A DNA stretch of 11,980 nt from a virus. Lineage: Duplodnaviria; Heunggongvirae; Uroviricota; Caudoviricetes. Below the pieces are notes generated by a model. The model was not told the origin of the DNA and made no database searches. It was given only the letters and a program-made list of their open reading frames with translations. Where the stretch lies: positions 1 through 11,980 of the IMG/VR virus record IMGVR_UViG_2537562191_000041; one strand, given 5' to 3'. Positions 1-7,172 of the stretch are shown piece after piece. The translations under genes were made by a program, and so were the position numbers. Position 1 is the first letter of the stretch. The number at the start of each line of letters is the position of its first letter.

Positions 1-2
1 AA

Positions 3-194
3 GCAATGACTGAATTGCTTGACCGTTACGTTGCAGCCGGTGCGCTGGTTACTCCACGTGACAAATCCCAGGGCGAAGATCCATATGTTGTTCAGGTTGT
101 CCAAAAGGACATCGATCTGTGGGAAGTGTCCTGGTCTGTTTGTCCGACCGGTACAGCTCGCCGAATCGTCGGTAAGCCAATTCTGATGCGCTGA
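3..194 (+). CDS. 3' end of a CDS that probably begins upstream of the window (alternatively a 62-aa ORF from ATG at 6); product unknown
   Basis: Frame is open from the window edge to TGA at 192-194; a GC stem-loop follows 8 bp later; no recognisable motif in the translation. Confidence 0.4.
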   Translation, partial: AMTELLDRYVAAGALVTPRDKSQGEDPYVVQVVQKDIDLWEVSWSVCPTGTARRIVGKPILMR

Positions 195-202
195 TTTATA
201 AC

Positions 203-224
203 CCCCCGCTAAATGATGCGGGGG
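203..224 (+). terminator. GC-rich stem-loop (CCCCCGC / 8-nt loop / GCGGGGG); possible terminator or 5'-leader structure
   Basis: Perfect 7-bp inverted repeat read directly; no U-tract follows, so intrinsic-terminator function is uncertain. Confidence 0.35.
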
Positions 225-238
225 AAAGAGGTTTGAAT

Positions 239-973
239 ATGAAAAATTATACTGCTGATCCTTTTATGCGTGCGATTTTCGGTTCTGGCTGCTTTGAAAG
301 CGGTGATAAATCCACGCAGGACAATAATGATAACGCCATGCTGGAAAGCGCAGGACAGAAAGGAAAGGACACTCAACCAAAGCCCAAAGACGACATTGAA
401 ACCGCGATGATGGAAGCGGTTGAATCCCGTGCACAAGGTGATATGCGCAGCCTGGCAGCGTCCATGCTTGCTGGTTGGGTTGAAGATGGTGATCCGGAGG
501 CTGACTCATTTGATGCATTAGCAATCACTATGGCTGGCCTGGCTGATATCGATGAAGACACCGATTTCACCGATGAGCAAATCGATGCTTATAACGATGC
601 TCTCGCAGCTCTTGCTGATGCAGCTGTTGCGCTTGGCGCTGATCAGGACGATGTAACCGAAATGATCGACGATGAAGATGACTCAGCTGCCGAACGTGTT
701 TATGACGCTCTTTCCGAAAGCGACACCGACATGATGGAAACAGCTATTGCCATTTACACCGTTGCTGGTGGTGATAGCGCAATGCTGGAAGCGGTACGTA
801 AAAAAGTGGTTCGTGATGGCAAGGTTACCATCATCCGTAAACGCCCGCGTCCTCGCCGCATGACGTCATTGCAAAAACAGGCGCTGAAAAAAGCACGCCG
901 CAAAGCACATACATCCGTAGCGAATATCAACCGCAAAAAATCAATGCGCATTCGCAAAAAACGCGGTTTGTAA
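239..973 (+). CDS. hypothetical protein: D/E-rich body with a strongly basic (K/R-rich) C-terminal tail of about 50 residues
   Basis: ATG at 239 preceded by AAAGAGG (225-231) at 7-nt spacing; the ORF-track start at 233 is TTG two codons upstream. Composition read from translation (e.g. IDEDTDFTDEQIDAYNDALAALADAA then RKRPRPRR...KKARRKA...RIRKKRGL). Confidence 0.7.
   Translation: MKNYTADPFMRAIFGSGCFESGDKSTQDNNDNAMLESAGQKGKDTQPKPKDDIETAMMEAVESRAQGDMRSLAASMLAGWVEDGDPEADSFDALAITMAGLADIDEDTDFTDEQIDAYNDALAALADAAVALGADQDDVTEMIDDEDDSAAERVYDALSESDTDMMETAIAIYTVAGGDSAMLEAVRKKVVRDGKVTIIRKRPRPRRMTSLQKQALKKARRKAHTSVANINRKKSMRIRKKRGL
764..771 (+). other. Chi site (5'-GCTGGTGG-3')
   Basis: Exact octamer read on the + strand. 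Confidence 0.6.
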
Positions 974-980
974 GTGACAC

Positions 981-1002
981 AGGCCACCTGCAAAGGTGGC
1001 CT
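981..1002 (+). terminator. hairpin (AGGCCACC / 6-nt loop / GGTGGCCT) just downstream of the 239-973 stop; possible terminator or RNA-stability element
   Basis: Perfect 8-bp inverted repeat read directly; no U-tract. Confidence 0.35.
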
Positions 1003-1022
1003 CTACCTGGGAGAAATAGCGT

Positions 1023-1613
1023 TTGATTTGCGGCGCGATAATGCCTGACGGAATAAGTCCGTTAATGAAGGTTTATATCCTCTCTTCAGAGGATATGGTC
1101 GTCGGTTATATCGGTGAAGGATCTACCGCAGAACTGTCATCAATGTGGCAATCACCATTTGAAAACCAGTCAGTAGGAGGTTTGCTTGGCGGTATTAGCG
1201 CTGCGGCTGGCTCTCTTGCAGATACGCTTCAGACCGCAACCGGCGTAACAACAAAAACCCTCTTCAACTCAATGCTTGTTTGGGAAGGTCAGCAACCGCC
1301 TGAATTTAATCTGGTAATTGATTTCATGGCGACAACGAACGCGCAACTTGAAGTGAACGCAGCCATTACAGCATTGCTGAAGATGGAATCGCCGGAACTG
1401 AACAATGTAGCGCCATTCGGTCGTCGCCCGGAGACAGTAACGTTAAACATAGGTAGGAACATAGCCCTTACCGACGTTGTTATCAAAAGCGTGAGTTACC
1501 AACTGGACGCCCCGCGCACACCGGAAGGCTATTTCACTCATAACACGGTAACCCTGCAATGCAGCGGTAACACATCGATCAACCGTAGCAATATCTCATC
1601 TGTTTTTGTGTAG
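1023..1613 (+). CDS. hypothetical protein, possibly virion-structural (beta-rich, Gly/Ala-rich segment); start codon uncertain (TTG 1023, ATG 1041 or ATG 1065)
   Basis: Long ORF; its stop TAG 1611-1613 overlaps the AGGAG Shine-Dalgarno of the next gene, an operon-like arrangement; GGGAG at 1009-1013 would serve the TTG at 1023. Confidence 0.55.
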   Translation: MICGAIMPDGISPLMKVYILSSEDMVVGYIGEGSTAELSSMWQSPFENQSVGGLLGGISAAAGSLADTLQTATGVTTKTLFNSMLVWEGQQPPEFNLVIDFMATTNAQLEVNAAITALLKMESPELNNVAPFGRRPETVTLNIGRNIALTDVVIKSVSYQLDAPRTPEGYFTHNTVTLQCSGNTSINRSNISSVFV

Positions 1614-1621
1614 GAGTATTT

Positions 1622-2107
1622 ATGTCCGGTTTTGCAAATACAAAAGCCGATATGGCCTTTCTAAAATCCCGGTTTAATAAAAACCTGGCTGCAGGCGAAA
1701 AACTTATTGGTTCTGAATATTGGATGACCATTAAGGGTTACGAACATCTGTCTGTACTAGTTCGTACAGCTCAGTTACCAGAAATGACACGTGAAGATGT
1801 GGAGGATTACGCCCCTGGTGGCATGAAATTCAACCAGCACGGACCATTACGCAACTCTGGTGAATTTCAGGTCACATGCGCGGAAACTATCGAAGGCGCA
1901 GTTCTCGCCGCTGTAAAACAGATGGTATACGGAAAAGAATATCTGGAAATTACCTTACAGGCGGCGGCTGAATCGAATAGCGGTAACCATAAAGGTCTGA
2001 TCCGCACATATTCTCATTGCAAAGTGTATTCCGACGCCGTGGATTTCTCATCCGAAGACGTAACGGCGGTCGTTAAACTGAACCGCCCCGGAAATCCTGG
2101 AGACTAA
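1622..2107 (+). CDS. hypothetical protein whose native C-terminus has been replaced by an IS insertion; current reading frame runs about 10 codons into the IS left end
   Basis: ATG 1622 with AGGAG (1612-1616) at 5-nt spacing; the IS left inverted repeat begins at 2079 inside the ORF, so the final residues (LNRPGNPGD) are IS-encoded. Weak pattern resemblance to tail-tube-type proteins, not verified. Confidence 0.6.
   Translation: MSGFANTKADMAFLKSRFNKNLAAGEKLIGSEYWMTIKGYEHLSVLVRTAQLPEMTREDVEDYAPGGMKFNQHGPLRNSGEFQVTCAETIEGAVLAAVKQMVYGKEYLEITLQAAAESNSGNHKGLIRTYSHCKVYSDAVDFSSEDVTAVVKLNRPGNPGD
2076..2078 (+). repeat. left copy of 3-bp target-site duplication (AAC) of the IS
   Basis: AAC immediately abuts the IS left end and is repeated at 3389-3391. 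Confidence 0.6.
2079..2105 (+). repeat. IS left terminal inverted repeat (IRL)
   Basis: TGAACCGCCCCGGAAATCCTGGAGACT matches the reverse complement of 3362-3388 with about 4 mismatches. Confidence 0.7.
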
Positions 2108-2132
2108 ACTCCCTGAGAAAGAGGTAAACAGG

Positions 2133-2459
2133 ATGACTAAAAATACTCGTTTTTCCCCCGAAGTCCGTCAGCGGGCGATTCGTATGGTTCTGGAAAGTCA
2201 GGATGAATATGACTCACAGTGGGCGGCAATTTGTTCCATTGCCCCAAAGATTGGCTGTACGCCGGAGACTCTGCGTGTCTGGGTTCGCCAGCATGAGCGG
2301 GATACCGGGGGCGGTGATGGTGGGCTCACCAGCGCTGAACGTCAGCGTCTGAAAGAGCTGGAACGTGAAAATCGTGAACTGCGCCGCAGTAACGATATCC
2401 TTCGCCAGGCTTCCGCTTATTTTGCGAAGGCGGAGTTCGACCGCCTCTGGAAAAAATGA
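2133..2459 (+). CDS. IS3-family transposase OrfA (helix-turn-helix / leucine-zipper part)
   Basis: 108-aa ORF starting [19 protein letters not shown], recognised from memory as the IS629-group orfA; GAGG Shine-Dalgarno upstream; ends within the A6 slippery run. Confidence 0.85.
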   Translation: MTKNTRFSPEVRQRAIRMVLESQDEYDSQWAAICSIAPKIGCTPETLRVWVRQHERDTGGGDGGLTSAERQRLKELERENRELRRSNDILRQASAYFAKAEFDRLWKK

Positions 2460-3346
2460 TGCCACTGCTGGATAAGCTGCGTGAGCAGTACGGGGTCGGA
2501 CCGGTATGCAGCGAACTGCATATTGCCCCGTCAACGTATTACCATTGTCAGCAACAGCGACATCATCCGGATAAACGCAGTGCCCGTGCGCAGCACGACG
2601 ACTGGCTGAAGAGAGAGATACAGCGCGTATACGATGAAAATCATCAGGTGTACGGTGTGCGTAAAGTCTGGCGTCAGTTGTTACGGGAAGGAATCAGGGT
2701 GGCCAGATGTACAGTGGCACGTCTCATGGCGGTTATGGGACTTGCCGGTGTTCTCCGGGGTAAAAAGGTCCGTACGACCATCAGCCGGAAAGCCGTTGCC
2801 GCAGGCGACCGCGTAAACCGTCAGTTCGTGGCAGAACGACCTGACCAGCTGTGGGTGGCTGATTTTACTTACGTCAGCACATGGCAGGGCTTCGTCTATG
2901 TGGCGTTTATCATTGATGTGTTTGCCGGATACATCGTGGGGTGGCGGGTCTCATCGTCTATGGAAACGACATTCGTGCTGGATGCGCTGGAGCAGGCGTT
3001 GTGGGCCCGTCGTCCGTCTGGCACCATCCATCACAGCGATAAAGGCTCTCAGTATGTGTCACTGGCCTATACGGAGCGACTAAAAGAAGCCGGATTACTG
3101 GCATCAACAGGGAGTACAGGCGACTCGTATGACAACGCGATGGCTGAGAGCATCAATGGTCTTTACAAAGCGGAGGTAATACACCGTAAGAGCTGGAAAA
3201 ACCGTGCAGAAGTGGAACTGGCCACACTAACGTGGGTGGACTGGTATAACAATCGACGATTGCTGGGAAGGCTGGGCCATACTCCTCCGGCAGAAGCAGA
3301 AAAAGCTTATTATGCTTCCATCGGAAACGATGATCTGGCAGCCTGA
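2456..3346 (+). CDS. IS3-family transposase OrfB (DDE catalytic domain); probably expressed as an OrfAB fusion by -1 frameshift
   Basis: 296-aa ORF in the -1 frame relative to orfA, overlapping at AAAAAATGA; contains the HSDKGSQY and [15 protein letters not shown] motifs typical of the IS3 DDE transposase. Confidence 0.85.
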   Translation: MMPLLDKLREQYGVGPVCSELHIAPSTYYHCQQQRHHPDKRSARAQHDDWLKREIQRVYDENHQVYGVRKVWRQLLREGIRVARCTVARLMAVMGLAGVLRGKKVRTTISRKAVAAGDRVNRQFVAERPDQLWVADFTYVSTWQGFVYVAFIIDVFAGYIVGWRVSSSMETTFVLDALEQALWARRPSGTIHHSDKGSQYVSLAYTERLKEAGLLASTGSTGDSYDNAMAESINGLYKAEVIHRKSWKNRAEVELATLTWVDWYNNRRLLGRLGHTPPAEAEKAYYASIGNDDLAA

Positions 3347-3361
3347 GTTCACAGATAAAAC

Positions 3362-3388
3362 ACTCTCCAGGAAACCCGGGGCGGTTCA
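3362..3388 (+). repeat. IS right terminal inverted repeat (IRR)
   Basis: Reverse complement TGAACCGCCCCGGGTTTCCTGGAGAGT pairs with IRL. Confidence 0.7.
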
Positions 3389-3391
3389 AAC
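3389..3391 (+). repeat. right copy of 3-bp target-site duplication (AAC)
   Basis: Identical to 2076-2078, immediately after the terminal CA of the IS. Confidence 0.6.
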
Positions 3392-3433
3392 CTTCTCTGC
3401 GCATTGTTTACAACTGGGCGGAATAATCCCTAT
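3392..3433 (+). other. displaced original 3' end of the IS-interrupted gene 1622-2107 (would encode ...VK-PSLRIVYNWAE-stop)
   Basis: Deleting the IS plus one AAC copy restores the same frame, which continues to TAA at about 3431-3433; a CCCGCC/GGCGGG stem-loop follows at about 3436-3452. Confidence 0.5.
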
Positions 3434-3480
3434 CCCGCCCTTGTGGCGGGAACATCCTTGTTATTGAGTTGTAGGCAACA

Positions 3481-4032
3481 ATGACACCAATTGAATTATT
3501 AGAAAGCGTTAAAGAGCGATTTAATCCGCTGCTTGTGCGTGAAGAAGAAACGTTGAAAGCATTCCTGATCAAAGCTCTGACCACGTATCAGGACAGGGCA
3601 GGGGTAGTGAAAACGTTAAAACTTGAAAAAGCTGGTGGTACTGCAATCCCGTTGCCAGAAGATTATCTCTCTCTGGTTCAGGTTACCGACAACAACGGCT
3701 TGTTGGTCTATTCGGATGAATTATCCGGATTTATTGAATTAGAACTAACAGGTTCAGAACGCTGGCCTTTTCGAATGCTGTATCTGGTTAATCTACGCGA
3801 CAGAAAGCTGGATGAATGGCAAGTGCCTCCTGCAATCATTGGAATGCTGGAGGAATATCTGGAGGCGCTTATCAATGTAAGAAATGTCGCCCGGCAGCGT
3901 AGAGCGTCCATCGACGGGAAATTTGACTACTCCGATCTGCCCGATGAAGCCACGCTATATGCCCGCGTGCAGGAGATTGAGGAAAAAATGTCCTCAAACC
4001 GGGCCATTATTCCGGGGGCTACCATTTTTTAA
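3481..4032 (+). CDS. hypothetical protein (183 aa)
   Basis: ATG ORF with a weak AGG Shine-Dalgarno; no recognisable motif; transcribed in the same direction as neighbouring structural-type genes. Confidence 0.55.
   Translation: MTPIELLESVKERFNPLLVREEETLKAFLIKALTTYQDRAGVVKTLKLEKAGGTAIPLPEDYLSLVQVTDNNGLLVYSDELSGFIELELTGSERWPFRMLYLVNLRDRKLDEWQVPPAIIGMLEEYLEALINVRNVARQRRASIDGKFDYSDLPDEATLYARVQEIEEKMSSNRAIIPGATIF
3630..3637 (+). other. Chi site (5'-GCTGGTGG-3')
   Basis: Exact octamer read on the + strand. Confidence 0.6.
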
Positions 4033-4047
4033 CGCTGGAGGCGCAGA

Positions 4048-4755
4048 GTGAGTATTTTCAGCAGCGTTGGTAGAACGTTGACCACCGCATTGTCATTTAA
4101 CACGAAATCATTCACCAGCAACCTCATTAGCGACATTCTTGATAAAGCCATATCAGGCGGCGGGGTAAGCGGGAATTACAGTAGCGATATTGCCTACGGG
4201 AAAAATATTGTTGCTGCCGCTATGCGTATCCGTTACGCCCAGGGGTGGCAGTGGACCGTTGAAGTGGATGGCCTGAACGGCTTCGATATGTTCGTGAAGG
4301 ATATCACCTACAGCAGTGGAAACATTGAGACAGAAAGCAAGGTGATCGGCAGCGTAGAATTCAGCAAGCCAACCTATGTTAGCGCCGGACCGGTCACTAT
4401 GACCGTGAGGGATACCGAAGATGGCAAGATCATGGACTGGTTCAAAGAGCGTCGTTCTCGTGTAACAAATCCTGATGGAACAATAAACCTTCCTCCTGAA
4501 TATCTGATGAAAATCCGTGTCTACCGGGTAACTCAGGACGGCGGAAAAGAACTGGAAGAAGAAATGCGCGTATTTCCTACGCAACTTGGGGAAATCACAC
4601 GCTCACGTGATCAGGTGTCAGAGTTCTTGTCATACCCAATCACTTTCCAGAAATACACATCCGCAGGCTCAGGTGTTTCTGCTTTGGTCAACGGTGCCGC
4701 GGGCATGGCTACAAGTGCGTTAAAGGGGGCTATCAGTGGAGTGATCAAATTCTGA
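4048..4755 (+). CDS. hypothetical protein (235 aa), beta-rich with Gly/Ala-rich C-terminus; GTG start
   Basis: GTG at 4048 preceded by GGAGG (4037-4041) at 6-nt spacing; ORF ends 12 bp before the first incA-like iteron. Confidence 0.6.
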   Translation: MSIFSSVGRTLTTALSFNTKSFTSNLISDILDKAISGGGVSGNYSSDIAYGKNIVAAAMRIRYAQGWQWTVEVDGLNGFDMFVKDITYSSGNIETESKVIGSVEFSKPTYVSAGPVTMTVRDTEDGKIMDWFKERRSRVTNPDGTINLPPEYLMKIRVYRVTQDGGKELEEEMRVFPTQLGEITRSRDQVSEFLSYPITFQKYTSAGSGVSALVNGAAGMATSALKGAISGVIKF

Positions 4756-4767
4756 AATGCTTTAATT

Positions 4768-4989
4768 ATGTGTGCTGTAGGGAAAGGTTTACGTTAAATG
4801 TGTGCTGCCGGGAAACCCCATTGCTCAAGATGTGTTGTAGAGGGAATGGTAATGGCAACATGTGTGCTGGAGGGGAATTTCGCATGTAAAGAGCGTCATT
4901 TATCCCGCCAGCACACATCTGAACTAAGCAATCCTCTGAAATTCCCTCCACCACACATCCAGACATGAAACTATCCCTTCAGCACACAT
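4768..4989. repeat. incA-like iteron array downstream of repA: seven copies of the ATGTGTGCTGnnGGGAA-type repeat, four in one orientation and three inverted
   Basis: Iteron cores read at 4768, 4798, 4830, 4860 (ATGTGTGCTG orientation, ~30-bp phasing; the third is degenerate) and at 4909, 4949, 4980 (CAGCACACAT orientation); the last abuts the repA stop. Confidence 0.8.
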
Positions 4990-5850
4990 TTAATCTGTTG
5001 GTTTAAGTTTCGGATTCCGAGAGTGAACGATAATGAAGTTTTCACGACCTTGCTTTTCAATGGTGCAATCGAGATAACCTATTGTTTTTAACTGTTCTAT
5101 AGCTTTTTTTATCGTTCTGTTTTGCTCACTTACCGATGACATCAAGGCTAATCTTTCACGTATTCTGGCAAATGAAATAGGTATTGGACGTGCCGGGAGG
5201 CTTTCTATAAAGGTATATATGGCCTGGGCTGCTTCTTTTTTAGGTAAAGCGCGAAGTGCGTGTTGCTGTAGAAGCACCCGATAGTCTAGCTGGAAGATTT
5301 CCCATAACTTGGAATCAGCCTCCAGTTCAACGACATCTGTTTCAAAGCCAAAATATCCCGTTTTAAGCAGGCCAGTATTGTAGCTTCCACGAGCACTTTT
5401 CCCTCTTTTGAATGAGATGCCTTTGTTGCGTAACCGACCTAAAGAATCGTGGATCGTGTTTCTTAATTTCCCATCAAGTCGCTTAGATGGAAATCCGCAC
5501 GCCTTTGCAAATTCTTGAAAAGAAAGGCGAATTGTATTCGATGATAAGCCATACTTGCTAAATGAGTAGATTACCCCAATCCAGACTTTGAAATCAGTAT
5601 CCATGTCCAAGCGAGGGCCAGTGATCTTGATGTTGTCGTAGCCTTCTGCTTGAGCTATTTCCAGTTTGGAAAAAACAGATGATGCATCTATCTCGTTGTT
5701 TTCACCCTGTTTTTTAGTTGGTTTAGGGACGAAAACACCAAGCCGCATAAGTGCGACAGGTTGAACAGTATTGTTCGAATTAACTGTTAATTCTTTAGCC
5801 TTGCTTTCAATGTCAGCATAAAGAATATCAGAGATAAATGACTTATCCAT
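4990..5850 (-). CDS. repA: iteron-binding replication initiator RepA, P1 / RepFIB family
   Basis: 286-aa ORF (from ATG at 5850; the ORF track starts one codon earlier at TTG 5853) flanked on both sides by repeats matching the P1-type 19-bp iteron; the N-terminus MDKSFISDILYADIESKAKE resembles my memory of P1 RepA. Confidence 0.9.
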   Translation of the reverse strand: MDKSFISDILYADIESKAKELTVNSNNTVQPVALMRLGVFVPKPTKKQGENNEIDASSVFSKLEIAQAEGYDNIKITGPRLDMDTDFKVWIGVIYSFSKYGLSSNTIRLSFQEFAKACGFPSKRLDGKLRNTIHDSLGRLRNKGISFKRGKSARGSYNTGLLKTGYFGFETDVVELEADSKLWEIFQLDYRVLLQQHALRALPKKEAAQAIYTFIESLPARPIPISFARIRERLALMSSVSEQNRTIKKAIEQLKTIGYLDCTIEKQGRENFIIVHSRNPKLKPTD

Positions 5851-5908
5851 CAATAAGTTACCGTCATGTTGTGAATAAAGTTTACGACAGTGGATATCCG
5901 GCTTTTTT

Positions 5909-6011
5909 TCCCGTCAGCACACATCCTACATCCCGTCAGCACACATGTAAAACCCTCCAGCACACATATTTTTCCCGTCAGCACACATCATTTTCCCTCC
6001 AGCACACATCT
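5909..6011. repeat. incC-like iteron array upstream of repA: five direct iterons at 21-22-bp phasing, probably containing the autoregulated repA promoter
   Basis: CAGCACACAT cores start at 5915, 5937, 5958, 5979 and 6000, all in the same orientation as repA transcription. Confidence 0.85.
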
Positions 6012-6055
6012 GAATAGTGGTTAAAGCCTTATGTGGCGCGGCCTGAAGAGCTACG

Positions 6056-6118
6056 GGATCTATTTGGTACTATATGGATCTAATCAGGATCTATATATTG
6101 GATCTATCCTGTGGATAA
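6056..6118. promoter_or_regulatory. oriR-like replication origin core: four GGATCTA heptamers (each with a Dam GATC site) and a consensus DnaA box
   Basis: GATC at 6057, 6077, 6088 and 6101 inside the repeated heptamer GGATCTA; TGTGGATAA at 6110-6118 is the reverse complement of TTATCCACA; an A-rich tract follows. Confidence 0.75.
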
Positions 6119-6204
6119 AAAAGAAGAATTACAAAGCTCCACCCAATTTCACACACTACCTATCCTCCAACGAATAAACAGACATCTGCTTATCGGAGGA
6201 ATAC

Positions 6205-7026
6205 TTGAACATTCCAAAATTCCCATTGCCTTCCCGTCCTGAGACAGAAATTCAGTTCCACGCCCCTACCGTGAAGGATGCGCTGAAATATTCTGACCTG
6301 AACCCGGCAGAAGATGAGGCAACTACTACAGAGTACCTTAACTCTATGCAGGATGGTGAAATTAACGACAGTGCTTACTGGACAGTCCAGGATCGCAGAA
6401 CTGCCCTTTGGTGGATATTTGTTAATTCGCGCCCCGATGCAGTAATGACTTACTCCTATGAGTGCAGTCACTGCGGTAATACGCATCACGCCGATATAAA
6501 CCTGAGCGATCTGGCTCAAACAGTAGAGATACTCACTGTACCGCCTTACGTAAAAACCAACGTACCGGTAAACGGTGTACCAACTGACTGGATACTTAAA
6601 CCATTAACCGGGAAAGGCGCGGAACTCCTTGAACGTATGCGTGCGTCACTTCCTGATATGAAAAGCCCTGAATACAGTGCAGGCGTGGCCCGTATGCGCA
6701 TTGCAGAACTCGCTTTATGCACGGCACTGGACGACGATCCGGAAGACTTCACTCAAGCAGCTAACCGACGCTTCGACATCATTGAAAGCATGGCGCTTGA
6801 AACCGAGTTTACACCGCTTGTGGCTCGCATACAGCTTATGCAAAAAGACCTACGCCACGGCCTGAAAATGTCTATTGAGAGAGGCACAAGCCGACTGATC
6901 CTGCCTCCGCAACATTGCAAAAACGCTAAGGAGGGTGCAGATGTGACAACCACACTGTACGTCCCCTTTCTCAATAGAGAGTTTATCCCATCAATTAGAT
7001 CTGAATGGATGGCTAACCATTATTAA
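6205..7026 (+). CDS. hypothetical protein (273 aa) immediately upstream of the tape-measure-like gene; possibly a tail assembly or accessory protein; TTG start
   Basis: TTG at 6205 preceded by GGAGG (6194-6198) at 6-nt spacing; the first in-frame ATG is about 47 codons downstream; contains a CSHC pair. Confidence 0.55.
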   Translation: MNIPKFPLPSRPETEIQFHAPTVKDALKYSDLNPAEDEATTTEYLNSMQDGEINDSAYWTVQDRRTALWWIFVNSRPDAVMTYSYECSHCGNTHHADINLSDLAQTVEILTVPPYVKTNVPVNGVPTDWILKPLTGKGAELLERMRASLPDMKSPEYSAGVARMRIAELALCTALDDDPEDFTQAANRRFDIIESMALETEFTPLVARIQLMQKDLRHGLKMSIERGTSRLILPPQHCKNAKEGADVTTTLYVPFLNREFIPSIRSEWMANHY

Positions 7027-7172
7027 CAACCTGACTCTATATGGATATCAGCCCGTTAGCGACGTTGAACAATTACCGCAATGGCGAGCACTCCATATGT
7101 CAAAAGCCCTAGAAGAAAAATACAAAGCTCAAGCCGGGAAACGTTGATCGCGCTGGTAAAAGAGAGGTTATT

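Larger units (their letters stand above)
2079..3388 (+). mobile_element. complete IS3-family insertion sequence, IS629/IS1203/IS3411-like (1310 bp)
   Basis: Ends TGAACCGCCCCGG...CCGGGGCGGTTCA (TG...CA termini); imperfect ~27-bp terminal inverted repeats; two overlapping ORFs (orfA 108 aa, orfB 296 aa) in 0/-1 frames overlapping at an A6 run (2451-2456); orfB has the DDE-type motifs expected of IS3 transposases; flanked by AAC direct repeats. Confidence 0.85.

Noticed and set aside
1622-2107. Calling the IS-interrupted gene (and the 196-aa gene before it) a T4 gp19-like tail tube protein
   Set aside because: The resemblance is only a loose motif pattern recalled from memory and no sheath-sized gene is adjacent; left as hypothetical pending a profile search
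4153-4584. 143-aa minus-strand ORF overlapping the 4048-4755 gene, along with similar antisense ORFs at 264-524, 373-570, 754-993, 2214-2534, 6190-6519 and 6546-6974
   Set aside because: All lie fully inside better-supported sense-strand genes and lack start-site signals; most likely spurious
3481-4755. Possibility that the two genes next to incA are a ParA/ParB partition pair
   Set aside because: Neither protein has a Walker-A (KGGxGKT-type) motif or helix-turn-helix ParB features, and they are transcribed toward repA rather than in the P1 par arrangement
4768-6011. Short repeats of about 19 bp with regular spacing could be mistaken for a CRISPR array
   Set aside because: The repeats are iterons: they flank a rep gene, occur in both orientations, have 21-bp and about 30-bp phasing with no unique spacers of CRISPR length, and match the P1 iteron consensus
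7041-7112. 24-codon ATG ORF in the spacer between the 273-aa gene and the tape-measure gene
   Set aside because: No Shine-Dalgarno and very short; more likely untranslated leader. It is in the same frame as the downstream gene but separated from it by TAG at 7110-7112
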